Assembly: GCA_964275345.1 (NCBI GenBank)
Contig: CAXYBK010000003.1
Span: 334,797 to 398,796, forward strand
DNA length: 64,000 bases
Direction of reading: 5' to 3'
Origin: an uncultured SAR86 cluster bacterium
GTDB lineage: Bacteria; Pseudomonadota; Gammaproteobacteria; Magnimaribacterales; D2472
Shown piece after piece: positions 9,918 to 20,612 of this stretch; position 1 is the stretch's first letter; every line of letters starts with the position of its first letter. The translations under genes were made by a program, and so were the position numbers. Under the pieces are notes generated by a model, which saw nothing but the letters and a program-made list of their open reading frames with translations, was not told where the DNA came from and did no database searches.

Positions 9918-11389
9918 TTGTTATTTATTTTTTTTCTAATTAAAGGGATCAACTCTGAGGCCGCTAGTCCTTTTTCACCATGTAATTTTACAAATTCACT
10001 GCCAGCTAGTCCATGAGCAGCTACAGCTAGTAGAGAGGCATTCTGAGCAGACAATCCTTGAGCTATAAAACTACCAATTATCCCAGCTAAAATGTCTCCT
10101 GTGCCTCCTGTAGCGAGCTCAGGACCTCCTTCTTCACATACATAGATTTTCTCATCAACAATAACTGTTCCAGCGCCCTTGAGAATAATAGTTGCATTAT
10201 ATTGAGCCGCTAAATCTTTTGCTGCCTTGATTCTGTCTTGTTGTATTTCTTTTACTGATACCCCTAAAAGATCAGCCGCCTCGCCAGGGTGAGGAGTAAG
10301 AATAATAGAACCCCTAATAGCTCTTAAGGAAACATTATTTTTTGCTATATAACGCAGTGCACCTGCATCAAAAATTACTGAACCATCATTCCTTTCTAAA
10401 TGCTTAATAAGCATATTAACTATTTGCTCAGACCAAGTGCTCAGAGACAATCCCGGGCCACAAACAAAAACATTCTTATTGACTAAATTTAAAGCAGCCT
10501 CCTCAGGCAGATCACATCCTATTGCCATAATCTCTGGATTTCGAACTAGTGAGGCTTTTAAGTGGGTTTGATGACTAATTAGTGAAACTAAACCAGAGCC
10601 TGATTTCAGGGCTGCTTCAGCAGCCATGATTGCAGCACCACCCATATTCTTATCGCCACCTAATACAAGAGTGCTTCCAAAGTCGCCTTTGTGGCTGTTT
10701 GAAGATCTTTTTGGTAGCAAGCTTTTTACATCGTTAAACTTAAATGCAGTAGCAGCTGCCTGGCTCTCTTTTTCCATATCTAAATTAAGGTTATTAAAAT
10801 ATTTTTTCCCTGTAGCAATTTTACCCTCATTAAGACTTAACCCTAATTTTCTTCCTACAAAACTAATAGTTTTATTAGCATTAATATTGGCCTCAAAAGC
10901 TACCCCAGTATCTGGATTAATACCTGAGGGTATATCTATTGAAAAAATATGCTCATAAGAATTCATAGTTTGTATTAAATTAATTATGTTCTTATCAAAA
11001 GACCCCCTAAGACTTGTTCCAAAAATCGCATCAATAACAACAACATCATTATCAAACTCATTTAATATTGATGGTTCATGCATCAAACCCATATCACGCG
11101 CAGTGTTAAAAGCTTCAAAACATAAATGACTTTTAGTTTTATTTTTTAATGCATCTATTATCTTGATGTCAAAACCTGCATTGAATAAATAAATTCCAAC
11201 ATAGTAGCCGTCTCCACCATTATTTCCTGGGCCACAGACACAAATACATTTCTTATTTTTATAATTTTTTTTAACATATTCTGCAGTAACTTTTGCAGCT
11301 TGAAGCATTAGCTCTTTATCTGAATTGCCTTCGCTAAAATATACTCTTTCATATTCTTGAACTTGCGAGCTAAGAAATAATTTTTTCAA
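9914..11389 (-). CDS. nnr: bifunctional NAD(P)H-hydrate epimerase/dehydratase
   Basis: 491 aa. N-terminal YjeF_N (GPGNNGGDG) and C-terminal carbohydrate-kinase-like domain (GGTGDILAG). Confidence 0.9.
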   Translation of the reverse strand: MKKLFLSSQVQEYERVYFSEGNSDKELMLQAAKVTAEYVKKNYKNKKCICVCGPGNNGGDGYYVGIYLFNAGFDIKIIDALKNKTKSHLCFEAFNTARDMGLMHEPSILNEFDNDVVVIDAIFGTSLRGSFDKNIINLIQTMNSYEHIFSIDIPSGINPDTGVAFEANINANKTISFVGRKLGLSLNEGKIATGKKYFNNLNLDMEKESQAAATAFKFNDVKSLLPKRSSNSHKGDFGSTLVLGGDKNMGGAAIMAAEAALKSGSGLVSLISHQTHLKASLVRNPEIMAIGCDLPEEAALNLVNKNVFVCGPGLSLSTWSEQIVNMLIKHLERNDGSVIFDAGALRYIAKNNVSLRAIRGSIILTPHPGEAADLLGVSVKEIQQDRIKAAKDLAAQYNATIILKGAGTVIVDEKIYVCEEGGPELATGGTGDILAGIIGSFIAQGLSAQNASLLAVAAHGLAGSEFVKLHGEKGLAASELIPLIRKKINNK

Positions 11390-11392
11390 AAA

Positions 11393-12769
11393 CTAATTAG
11401 TTTGAAAGAAAGCCATTCTGTCCGAATGAAAAGATCCAATATAAATTTTATTATTTAAAGGATAGGCTGTAGTTGGAAATCCAAATACAGTTTCTTGAAA
11501 TGAATATATATTTTTCTTGTTAAGAGATACAACATCAATCTCATGAATAGAAAACGGTAATGAACAAGTAACACTAATTTCTATATCACAGTTCATCATT
11601 ACATCGATCGTCTCATGGTCTAGTGAAGTAAGCCAAATCGAGCCATCTAGAATTATCATATTATCTGGTGAATTTATTTTATATCTGCCAATAGAATCAC
11701 CATTTAGTAAATTTATAACCCGCAATTCATCACCAAGATTGTAATTAACATACAAAAGCTCACTATCTTCATCCAACCCTATGCCATTAGGCTGACCTCC
11801 ATCTGATCCAGAGACTTTGCTAAAGTTGCCTTTATCCCACTTTAAAACATATCCAGTAGAGTATTTAAATAGAGCCGCACTCAACCACTCATTTACCGTT
11901 ATATCTCTTTCATACATATGAGTAACATAAAAAGATCCATCTCTTTTTAAGCTAAGATCATTAAAATAATTCTCTTCAGGAGCAGTTACACAACCCCTCC
12001 AAGTCATTAACCAATTATCAGCATCTTGAGTTAATTCAAAAAATTCAATAGATTCAAAAGGGAAGTGATTTACAACACCAAACTGTATTAAACCATCCTC
12101 TCTTTGTATTAAATCAACTCCATGAGGACCAAAAGCATCAGACGGATTTCTTTTACAACTTGCATCTCCCCAAATATTCTCTCCAAATTTAATCTTAGGT
12201 AATATTCTTGTTCCATCACTTATTCTGAGAAGTGCAAAAGATCCTTCACCATCTTTTTCTTCATAAGGTCTTATACCCCCAAATTCCGACATGATAAAAA
12301 ATTTATTATCTGGAAGCAGGGCCATATCTTCTGGATTTTTAAATCCACAATATAAAGATATTGATTCATCTGACTGGCATTCATCTATATTTTTTATTGG
12401 CCCTATATAATCTCGAGAAACCATGAGTAAGGCTAAACTAAAAAAAAGTAAACTCAGCGGGATACTAAATTTGTAATAATTGTTAAAGAAAATATCAGCA
12501 AATTTATAAACTATATTCTCAAAAAAAATAACTATAAAACCTCTTAATATTGAGGCTATTCCAAGGACAAAAAGGGTATTTTTCCAAATTCTATCTGACC
12601 AAGAAAAATCAACTATATAGAGAAATAATAAGCCTATTATTATAGCTATGAAGCCCAATGCTCTTAGATTAGATGAATCTAATATAGGCTGCATGACTGA
12701 TAGCATTATTTTTCTAAATAAAATTAATAAACCAAAACATAAAAAAATAATTGCTAATATTTCATTCAT
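11393..12769 (-). CDS. membrane-anchored six-bladed beta-propeller protein, paraoxonase/arylesterase (PON)-like
   Basis: About four N-terminal TM helices, then a domain collinear with mammalian PON1 as I recall it (FGPHGVDL / VVNH / FYVTH / PNGIGL / LYV / KIYIGSFHS at the C-terminus). No database search was possible. Confidence 0.55.
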   Translation of the reverse strand: MNEILAIIFLCFGLLILFRKIMLSVMQPILDSSNLRALGFIAIIIGLLFLYIVDFSWSDRIWKNTLFVLGIASILRGFIVIFFENIVYKFADIFFNNYYKFSIPLSLLFFSLALLMVSRDYIGPIKNIDECQSDESISLYCGFKNPEDMALLPDNKFFIMSEFGGIRPYEEKDGEGSFALLRISDGTRILPKIKFGENIWGDASCKRNPSDAFGPHGVDLIQREDGLIQFGVVNHFPFESIEFFELTQDADNWLMTWRGCVTAPEENYFNDLSLKRDGSFYVTHMYERDITVNEWLSAALFKYSTGYVLKWDKGNFSKVSGSDGGQPNGIGLDEDSELLYVNYNLGDELRVINLLNGDSIGRYKINSPDNMIILDGSIWLTSLDHETIDVMMNCDIEISVTCSLPFSIHEIDVVSLNKKNIYSFQETVFGFPTTAYPLNNKIYIGSFHSDRMAFFQTN

Positions 12770-13677
12770 TCCTCAACTCTCCCCACTTAGACATAGTTGA
12801 TTTAATTATAGCAACTATCTCAAGAGGCTTGTCCAAGGGAACATGGTGAGCAGCTCCAGGAACTTCTACAAAGTCCATCACTTCCTCAAACTCTTTTTCC
12901 ATAAAATTTAAAATTTTTGAACCAAGGAGCATGCTATTGCCGCCATAAATATATAAAGCTTTACACTGAATATTAAATTTATATTCTGAGAGACGGCCTA
13001 GTTTCCAAAATAAAGTATCATCAAACTTCCATCTCCAGCCTTCCTCTGTCTCATAGATTGAGTGCTCACCTATATATCTTAAATACCAATCATTTTCACA
13101 TTCCTGAGCTGGCATTAACCTGAATCTATTAACAATAGAAATCTTATCTTCATAATATTTAATCATTCTTAAAGGGCCAGTACTTCTGTGCTTCGCATAG
13201 TCATAATCTGGTGGCCTTATAGGAGTATCAATCATTACTAGATAATCAACGATATTTGGATGCTCGGTTGCAACAAAGCCAGCCACATGACCTCCAAGAG
13301 AATGACCCACTAGAATAATATTTTTTTCATTATCAATCAGCTGTTCATAATCTAATATATCAATCATTGCTTTAGAAAAACATTCAAAGCTATAGTCTTC
13401 TCTATGGGCAGAATCACCCATTCCAGGAAGATCTATCGCAACAACATATGCTGTATCTGAAAACTGTGGGAGCAATAGGATCCCACCATTTCATATGCGC
13501 ACCAGTTCCATGTACTAAAAAAATTACATTGTTATGGTCTTTATTGCCCCAAGTTTTATAGGCAACTTTATGATCTTCGGAAACGATGGTTTTGTATTCA
13601 GATTTGTGTGCAATGGAATCATGAAACCAATCGGGCGCATGAGAAATATCATTTTGTAGATTGTCAGTAACTTTCAT
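12762..13677 (-). CDS. alpha/beta-fold hydrolase, frame broken at a C3 (plus-strand G3) run
   Basis: ORFs 13414..13677 (..VIFLVHGTGAHMKWWDPIAP) and 12762..13475 (..QFSDTAYVVAIDLPGMGDS, nucleophile elbow GHSLGG, C-terminal AAHHVPLD). Removing one G at 13469-13471 joins them into about 304 aa. The gene overlaps the PON-like gene by 8 nt. Confidence 0.8.
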
Positions 13678-13717
13678 TGCACGTATTCTAAGCTATAAAA
13701 TACAAATAATTAACTAA

Positions 13718-14512
13718 ATGAATACTCAAATAATAACTCCTGCAGCAACTGTTTTAATTATAAGAGATGGAGAGAATGGCATTGAGGTATTCATGGTTAA
13801 AAGATCAAATAGACCTCCATTTGGCAATTTATTTGTTTTTCCAGGGGGCAAGATAGATCAAAGTGACAATGACCCCAGAGCACAATCATTATGTAGGAGT
13901 ATCTCAGATAAAGAAGCCTCATCATTATTGGGGATTGAAAACAATGGATTGGGTTACTGGGTAGCTTGTGTTAGAGAGTGTTTTGAAGAAGTAGGGATAT
14001 TATTAGCAGAAAAAAAAGATGGCTCTAAATTAAATCTTAATGGTTTAGAAAAAGAGAAGTATCAAAAATATAGACAAGATCTACTAGACAACACAATAAG
14101 TTTTTATGATATTTGTATTCAAGAAGGATTAGAGCTGTTAACAGAAAACATAGCGCCTTTTTCTCACTGGATAACTCCAGATATTGAAGTTAAAAGATTT
14201 GATACAAGATTTTTTATTGCATGCTTGCCTGAAAATCAGACAGGTATTCATGATGGAAATGAATTAGTGAATAGTCTCTGGGTCTCTGTAGATGAAGCTA
14301 TCAAAAAAGCTTATGCAGGTGAAATGAATATGATTATGCCAACAATTAAAAATCTTGAGCAATGTGTTGGCTTTCGAACCATTCAAGACTTATTAGATCA
14401 TCAACAAAAACTCACAAACAAAGATATTCCGCCGATTTTACCAAAATTTTTTAAAAAAGACGGTAACTGGGTAGGCCTCCTGCCTGGAGATGCGGGGTAT
14501 GATGATAACTAA
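13718..14512 (+). CDS. NUDIX-family hydrolase
   Basis: 264 aa with Nudix box GGKID..x..RECFEEVGI. Confidence 0.75.
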   Translation: MNTQIITPAATVLIIRDGENGIEVFMVKRSNRPPFGNLFVFPGGKIDQSDNDPRAQSLCRSISDKEASSLLGIENNGLGYWVACVRECFEEVGILLAEKKDGSKLNLNGLEKEKYQKYRQDLLDNTISFYDICIQEGLELLTENIAPFSHWITPDIEVKRFDTRFFIACLPENQTGIHDGNELVNSLWVSVDEAIKKAYAGEMNMIMPTIKNLEQCVGFRTIQDLLDHQQKLTNKDIPPILPKFFKKDGNWVGLLPGDAGYDDN

Positions 14513-15318
14513 TGAGTAGCCTAATAAAAAAAATAACAGCACCAAATGGAGGAGTTTTTACTGGAGGAGGGACTAATACTTACCTAGTAGGTAAGGAGGA
14601 TATTACGGTTGTGGATCCAGGCCCATATATTCAAAGTCATCTAGATAAGATTATTGAAGCTGGTAATAATAATATCAAACGAATTATTGTTACCCATACT
14701 CATAAAGATCATTCACCAGGCGCAAAACCCTTAGCAGAAATTTTAAATGTTCCAGTTATAGGGTCTTTTGCCAAGTTTGATATGTCTATACAAGATGAAA
14801 CATTTAAGCCTGATCAAATTCTTCATGATAAAGATATTATAAATACCAGCGAATATACAATTGAAGTTATCCATACTCCAGGTCATGCCTCTAATCACTT
14901 TTGCTTTTTAATTCAAGAAGAAGAATGTTTACTAACCGGAGACCATATTATGAATGGCTCAACTGTTGTAATAGCCCCACCTGATGGAAATATGACTGAA
15001 TATCTGGAGTCACTTAAAAAACTTGATAATTTTAATATTAAATTGCTTGCACCTGGACATGGTGACTACCTTCATGATCCCAAATTAGTGACTGACTGGA
15101 TTTTTAATCACAGATTAACAAGAGAAAAAAAAGTCTTAATATCAATGCAAAAATTAAAAGAGACCACAATAGAAGACCTTCTTCTAGATGTTTATGATGA
15201 TGTTGATCCGCATCTGCATCCAATTGCGCTTTGGAGCCTAGAGGCTCATTTAATTAGGCTAGAAGAGAATAATTTAGTAACGAAAATAGAGAACACTCTA
15301 TGGAGAATAGGTAGTTAA
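14512..15318 (+). CDS. metallo-beta-lactamase-fold hydrolase
   Basis: 268 aa with THTHKDHSPG (HxHxDH), HTPGH and APGHG motifs. Start overlaps the NUDIX stop (TAATG). Confidence 0.8.
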   Translation: MSSLIKKITAPNGGVFTGGGTNTYLVGKEDITVVDPGPYIQSHLDKIIEAGNNNIKRIIVTHTHKDHSPGAKPLAEILNVPVIGSFAKFDMSIQDETFKPDQILHDKDIINTSEYTIEVIHTPGHASNHFCFLIQEEECLLTGDHIMNGSTVVIAPPDGNMTEYLESLKKLDNFNIKLLAPGHGDYLHDPKLVTDWIFNHRLTREKKVLISMQKLKETTIEDLLLDVYDDVDPHLHPIALWSLEAHLIRLEENNLVTKIENTLWRIGS

Positions 15319-15747
15319 TTATTTTTTAATTTCTTGAGCGCAATTGTAATACTTAGAATTAGGTTCATTTTTAGGACTAACACCAGTTAAATTTAATTCA
15401 CAATTAAGTTTTTTTGATTCATCATCTAGGTCCAATTCAACAGTTTCAACAAATTCTTTATTATCAATAATGCGAATTTTCTTACTAGTGTTTATTTCTT
15501 CAACCGCATTGTCATAATTTTCTGAGTCTAAGCAATCAAAATAGTCATAATGCTCGACAATTGGGCTCATCTCATCCCCTCTAATACGTGGCTTATTAGC
15601 ACCAAGAGTTTCTTGAACACACCTTGTGGATCTTGCATCATATGCCTTATTCACTATTGATATATCAGAATCTAATGGAGAATAAGGATTATTTGATGCA
15701 CAACTAGAGGTAGCAATCAGCACTAAAAATATAATTCTATTTTGCAT
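15319..15747 (-). CDS. hypothetical lipoprotein
   Basis: 142 aa with lipobox LIATSSC. No family recognised. Its start overlaps the acs stop by 1 nt. Confidence 0.5.
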   Translation of the reverse strand: MQNRIIFLVLIATSSCASNNPYSPLDSDISIVNKAYDARSTRCVQETLGANKPRIRGDEMSPIVEHYDYFDCLDSENYDNAVEEINTSKKIRIIDNKEFVETVELDLDDESKKLNCELNLTGVSPKNEPNSKYYNCAQEIKK

Positions 15748-17669
15748 TATTCTTTTGACTTAATTAAATCTTCTACAACACCTGGATCTGCTAATGTTGA
15801 GGTATCACCAAGACTATCAAATTCACCCTCAGCAATTTTTCTTAATATTCTTCGCATAATTTTACCTGATCTTGTCTTCGGCAGTCCTGGAGCCCAATGA
15901 ATTAGATCTGGCTTGGCAATAGGACTAATTTCATTTGAAACAAATGATCTTAATGTATTTTTTAATTCATTTTCATAAGCTTCACCTGACATTAAGGTCA
16001 CATAGGCATATATACCTTGACCTTTAATAGGATGATCAAATCCAACTACTGCAGCTTCTGCAACCTTTGGATGGAGAACTAAGGCACTTTCAATTTCTGC
16101 AGTTCCAAGCCTATGTCCAGACACATTGAGAACATCATCGACTCTTCCAGTTATCCATAGATATCCATCTGAGTCTCTTTTAGCGCCATCACCAGTAAAA
16201 TAGATTCCGTTATATTGTGAGAAATATGTATCAAGCATTCTTTGATGATCGCCATAAATACTTCTGATCTGACTAGGCCATGATTGAGTTATTACAAGAT
16301 TACCTGAGCTCTCACCCTTAAGCATTTCTCCATCAGGATCAATTAGTTCAGGCTTTACTCCAAAAAAGGGAAAAGTTGCTGAACCAGGTTTTACTGGAGT
16401 TACTCCAGCAATTGGAGAAATAAGAACAGAGCCGGTTTCTGTTTGCCACCAGGTATCAACAATGTGACATTTACTATTTCCGACTACTGAGTAGTACCAC
16501 TCCCAGGCCTCTGGATTAATTGGCTCTCCAACAGTTCCAAGTATTCTTAATGATGTTCTATTTGTTTTAAGAACTGGCTCATCACCTTGTGCCATTAATG
16601 CTCTTATAGCAGTAGGAGCAGTATAAAAGATATTAATTTTATGCTTGTCACATACCTCCCAACATCTTGAAGCATCTGGATAGGTTGGCACACCCTCAAA
16701 CATTAAGCTTGTAGCTCCATTTGAAAGAGGACCATACACAATATAAGTATGACCAGTAATCCAACCAACATCTGCTGTACACCAATAATTATCATCTGGG
16801 TTGTAACCAAAGAGGTATTTAAAAGATATATGAGCACCTAAAATATATCCAGCAGTTGTATGCATTACTCCTTTAGGCTTTCCTGTAGAGCCTGATGTAT
16901 ACAAAATAAATAATGGATCTTCTGCATTCATAGACTCTGGAGCACATTCTGCAATTTGCTTGTTTACGATGTTGTGATACCAAGTATCAACTTTATCATT
17001 CCAATCAATATCACCGCCTGTTCTCTTAATAACTAGATTTGTTTTTACACCAGGACATTTTTTAAGAGCTATATCTACATTTTTTTTAAGAGGAACTATT
17101 TTCCCGCCTCTATAACCTTCATCGGCAGTAATAACTAAAGAACAATCTGCATCTAAAATTCTATCTTTTAAAGCTTCTGGAGAAAAACCACCAAAAACAA
17201 CAGAATGAATTGCTCCTATTCGAGCACAAGCAAGCATTGCATATGAGGCTTCAAGTATCATAGGCATATAAATACATACTCTTGAGCCTTTAGTAATGCC
17301 TAGTTCTTTTAATGCATTTGATAGCCTGCATACTTCATCATGGAGTTCTTGGTAGGACACAGATGTAGTTTCACTGGGATTATCTCCTTCCCATATCAAA
17401 GCAGTTTTATTCGCATTTTTTTCTAAATGCCTATCAATACAATTTGCAGATATATTTAGCTTTCCATCTTCAAACCATGTTGCATCTGCAAAATTACCAT
17501 TAGTTATCTGAGTAAAGGGCTCAATCCAATCTAAATTTTCTCTTGCCATTGCACCAAAAAATTTTTTAGGATCATTAATAGAATCTGCATACATTGATTT
17601 ATATTCATCAAAATCTTTAATATATGGATTGGTAATATTCTTTTGAGGATTATAAATTTTATCTTTCAT
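15747..17669 (-). CDS. acs: acetyl-CoA synthetase
   Basis: 640 aa with AMP-binding motif [11 protein letters not shown] and the C-terminal '[17 protein letters not shown]' signature. Confidence 0.95.
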   Translation of the reverse strand: MKDKIYNPQKNITNPYIKDFDEYKSMYADSINDPKKFFGAMARENLDWIEPFTQITNGNFADATWFEDGKLNISANCIDRHLEKNANKTALIWEGDNPSETTSVSYQELHDEVCRLSNALKELGITKGSRVCIYMPMILEASYAMLACARIGAIHSVVFGGFSPEALKDRILDADCSLVITADEGYRGGKIVPLKKNVDIALKKCPGVKTNLVIKRTGGDIDWNDKVDTWYHNIVNKQIAECAPESMNAEDPLFILYTSGSTGKPKGVMHTTAGYILGAHISFKYLFGYNPDDNYWCTADVGWITGHTYIVYGPLSNGATSLMFEGVPTYPDASRCWEVCDKHKINIFYTAPTAIRALMAQGDEPVLKTNRTSLRILGTVGEPINPEAWEWYYSVVGNSKCHIVDTWWQTETGSVLISPIAGVTPVKPGSATFPFFGVKPELIDPDGEMLKGESSGNLVITQSWPSQIRSIYGDHQRMLDTYFSQYNGIYFTGDGAKRDSDGYLWITGRVDDVLNVSGHRLGTAEIESALVLHPKVAEAAVVGFDHPIKGQGIYAYVTLMSGEAYENELKNTLRSFVSNEISPIAKPDLIHWAPGLPKTRSGKIMRRILRKIAEGEFDSLGDTSTLADPGVVEDLIKSKE

Positions 17670-17705
17670 GATAATTTTTTTATCTAAAAAGTAGATGCAA
17701 GCTTA

Positions 17706-18371
17706 TTAAATAATTGAAGGTTGCGGATTGATGAATTTCTTACCTTTAGGATCTGACATTATTTGACCTACTAACATATCAAAATCATCATCATTTGATT
17801 CAAGATTTATATCAGCCGCATTTACAATTAATAGTGGAGATGATTCGTAGTAAAGGAAGAAACTTTTATAGGCATCATTTAGTCTTTCTAAATAATCTGG
17901 AGTCAAAAACTGCTCATTAGGATTACCTCTTTTACCTATTCTGTCCATCAAAACATCAACAGGAGCTTGTAAGTAGATTACTAAGTCAGGAGTAGGGGCA
18001 TCAATAATCAAATGTTCATAAATTTTGTCATATAAATCCATTTCTTCATTAGACAAAGTTACTTCTGCAAAGAGTCGATCTTTTTGAATTAAAAAATCTG
18101 CCACTCTAACTGTTTCAAATAAACTTCTTTGTTTAAGTTCTTCAATCTGCTGCATTCTTTGAAACAAGAAAAATAATTGTGTTGCCAAGGCAGACTGACT
18201 TGGATTTTTATAAAAATTCTTTAAAAAAGGGTTTTCTGAAGGACGTTCTAAAAAAGCATCATAATTAAAATTAGTAGCTAGTTTATTTGCAAGTGTTGTT
18301 TTACCGACACCTATTGGGCCTTCGATTGCAATGTACTTTGGAAGCGGGTTTTCCTTAATAGCAAGTTTCAT
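17706..18371 (-). CDS. deoxynucleoside kinase family protein
   Basis: 221 aa with P-loop GPIGVGKTT and the dNK-like layout (ERP..NPFL, DR..FA). Confidence 0.75.
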   Translation of the reverse strand: MKLAIKENPLPKYIAIEGPIGVGKTTLANKLATNFNYDAFLERPSENPFLKNFYKNPSQSALATQLFFLFQRMQQIEELKQRSLFETVRVADFLIQKDRLFAEVTLSNEEMDLYDKIYEHLIIDAPTPDLVIYLQAPVDVLMDRIGKRGNPNEQFLTPDYLERLNDAYKSFFLYYESSPLLIVNAADINLESNDDDFDMLVGQIMSDPKGKKFINPQPSII

Positions 18372-18398
18372 TAATAAAACAATATTTTTTTATTAAGA

Positions 18399-19625
18399 TT
18401 ATATTAACTCACTCCAGAAACCAAATTTTTTGTCAGATTCATTTTCTCTTTCAACTCTTAATTTATTGATTACTGAATCTCTTTCGTCCTCATTCTGTTT
18501 TTGAAACTTAGTCCACCAATCTCCAAGACCTAAATCTTCTTTGGCCGCCGCCTCTCTTATTAATAAAAAGTCATATGCCGCTCTAAATCTAGGATGCTTA
18601 ACAAGCTTATGCGGGTAATTACCAATACGGCTTTCAAGTTTTAATTGTAAAACCCAAATATCTTTAATATAGGTTTGAAATTTTCTTGGTATTGCCGTTA
18701 ACTGATGTTGATCACGCAGAACTTCGTCCATTGACCTAAAAAATTTTCTAATATTTATTTCTTTATTTTTTGAACATTTTTTAATGAGAGAGGGCCATAG
18801 CAAAGCAGCCATCAAAAATCCTGGAGTAATAGATTGATTATTAGCTATTCTTCTATCTGTATTAATCAATGCCTCTAACATTACATTCATTGTAAATTCT
18901 GAGAAGTTTGGGTCTGTTGAAATTAAATATTTAGCTATCCCAAATGAGTCTAGTTTTTTAAAGTTTTTTTCTGCATGACCATGTAAAAATATTTTACAGA
19001 ATTCATCAAAAAGTCTTGCATTAGAGACTCCAGATAACAGGTGACTTTTATCATAAATTGCATCTTTTACTCGATTATCAATTTTGAAGTCTAACTTAGT
19101 ACTAAATCTTACTGCTCTTAATGCTCTTACAGGATCTTCCTCAAATCTCCCTTGAGGATCACCAATAGAAACTAATATCTTTTTATTAATATGTTTTAAA
19201 CCAGCATGAAAATCTTGAATCTCATCTTTTATAGGACAGTAGTAAAGAGCATTTACTGTGAAATCTCTTCTGTGACAATCTTGCTGAATAGTTCCCCAGG
19301 TATTGTCTCTAAGAATCTTTCCACTATCGTCTTTAACAAGAGTATCTGAATTTTGTTTTCCAGCTCTAAATGTTGCAACTTCTATTAGCTCCGATCTGCT
19401 AAATACGTGAACAAGCCTAAATCGCTTTCCAATAATTCTTGAAGCCTTAAATATCTTTCTTACTTCCTCAGGAGTAGCATTGGTTGCTATATCAAAGTCT
19501 TTAGGAGAAATTCCATTTAAAGCATCGCGTATACAGCCACCTACTAGATAAGCTTCAAAATCATTATCTTGAAGGGTTTGGATTATTGAAATAGCAAAAA
19601 CGCTAAATTTACTAGAGTCTAACAA
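18399..19625 (-). CDS. pcnB: poly(A) polymerase I
   Basis: 408 aa with the nucleotidyltransferase head GGCIRD..KDFDI and RDFTVNALYY. Lies near dksA as in E. coli. Confidence 0.9.
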   Translation of the reverse strand: MLDSSKFSVFAISIIQTLQDNDFEAYLVGGCIRDALNGISPKDFDIATNATPEEVRKIFKASRIIGKRFRLVHVFSRSELIEVATFRAGKQNSDTLVKDDSGKILRDNTWGTIQQDCHRRDFTVNALYYCPIKDEIQDFHAGLKHINKKILVSIGDPQGRFEEDPVRALRAVRFSTKLDFKIDNRVKDAIYDKSHLLSGVSNARLFDEFCKIFLHGHAEKNFKKLDSFGIAKYLISTDPNFSEFTMNVMLEALINTDRRIANNQSITPGFLMAALLWPSLIKKCSKNKEINIRKFFRSMDEVLRDQHQLTAIPRKFQTYIKDIWVLQLKLESRIGNYPHKLVKHPRFRAAYDFLLIREAAAKEDLGLGDWWTKFQKQNEDERDSVINKLRVERENESDKKFGFWSELI

Positions 19626-19653
19626 TTGTATGAGATTAATTTATTCAAAGATT

Positions 19654-19878
19654 TTATTTTTTTATGAATTTTAATTCTGTTTCCCAATTTTTTTTGTTTG
19701 TTTTGTAATATTCGGTTCCTTGTTGAGCAAAGATAATTCTCCCACCGTCCATGTCAACTCTTATACTATCTGTAGTTATGACTCCGCCATATCTATCGTG
19801 AAATACCCCGATAATATCACCAGCCTTATCTTCAGTATGAATATTTTGTATCAATTCTATTAATTCTTCTTTTTTCAT
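19654..19878 (-). CDS. hypothetical small protein
   Basis: 74-aa ORF in the slot between dksA and pcnB. No recognisable motif. Confidence 0.4.
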   Translation of the reverse strand: MKKEELIELIQNIHTEDKAGDIIGVFHDRYGGVITTDSIRVDMDGGRIIFAQQGTEYYKTNKKNWETELKFIKK

Positions 19879-19893
19879 TAAAAACAGTAAGAA

Positions 19894-20558
19894 TTAACCA
19901 CTATGTTGCTTCTCTTTGATTTCATCAAGAGTTTTACAGTCTATGCAATGAGTTGCAGTTGGCCTAGCTTCTAATCTTTTAATACCTATATTGACACCAC
20001 AAGACTCACAATAGCCATAATCATCTTGTTTTAATAGCTCAATAGACGAAGCGATTTTGTTGATCAGTTTTCTTTCTCTATCTCTAGTTCTTAATTCAAA
20101 TGCAAACTCTTCTTCTTGTGAGGCTCTATCTAAATCATCAGCAGGTTTTTCTCCCTTATCCTTTAAATGCTCAAAAGTTTTTTGCATTTCATCTCTAAGG
20201 TCTTCCCGCCAATTAACTAGGATTTCTCTAAAGTGCTTTTTCATAGCAGCACTCATATATTTTTCTTTTTTCTTTGGTTTGTATGCAGATGGTTTTTTCT
20301 TAGCCACAACCTTCTTAGCTACAGGCTTCTTAGCCACAACTTTTTTAGCACACTTTTGCCACAGGCTTCTTAGCCACAACTTTTTGCTACAGGCTTCTTA
20401 GCCACAACCTTTTTGGCCACAGGCTTCTTAGCCACAACCTTTTTAGCCACAGGCTTTTTCTTAACTACAGCTTTTTTAGCTACAGGCTTCTTGGTAGTAG
20501 TTTTTTTTGCTTGTTTTGTGGTCAATTTTGATTTCTTATCAGAATTTGCTTTAGTCAT
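19894..20558 (-). CDS. dksA: RNA polymerase-binding transcription factor DksA with lysine-rich AKKPVAKKVV-repeat N-terminal extension (frame disrupted inside the repeat)
   Basis: The core aligns with E. coli DksA (YMSAAMKKHFREIL.., DDLDRASQEEEF, RDRERKLI, zinc finger CESCG..CIDC). Upstream, the Lys/Ala/Pro/Val-rich frame runs on to the ATG at 20558 but passes through all three frames between about 20345 and 20390. ORFs 20370..20558 and 19894..20379. Confidence 0.8.
20299..20492. repeat. about 30-bp tandem repeat (consensus TAGCCACAACCTTTTTAGCCACAGGCTTCT), about 6 units
   Basis: TAGCCACAAC recurs at 20301, 20331, 20371, 20399 and 20429. Unit lengths are 30/40/28/30, and the irregular units coincide with the frame breaks. 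Confidence 0.85.
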
Positions 20559-20612
20559 TAAAAAAAATATAATTTTTTAGGGCTGCAAAGTAGCAGAATC
20601 CCATGAAATTTA

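Noticed and set aside
20299-20492. The ~30-bp tandem repeat as a CRISPR-like or non-coding satellite array
   Set aside because: The units are contiguous with no spacers. They encode an in-frame AKKPVAKKVV peptide repeat continuous with DksA.
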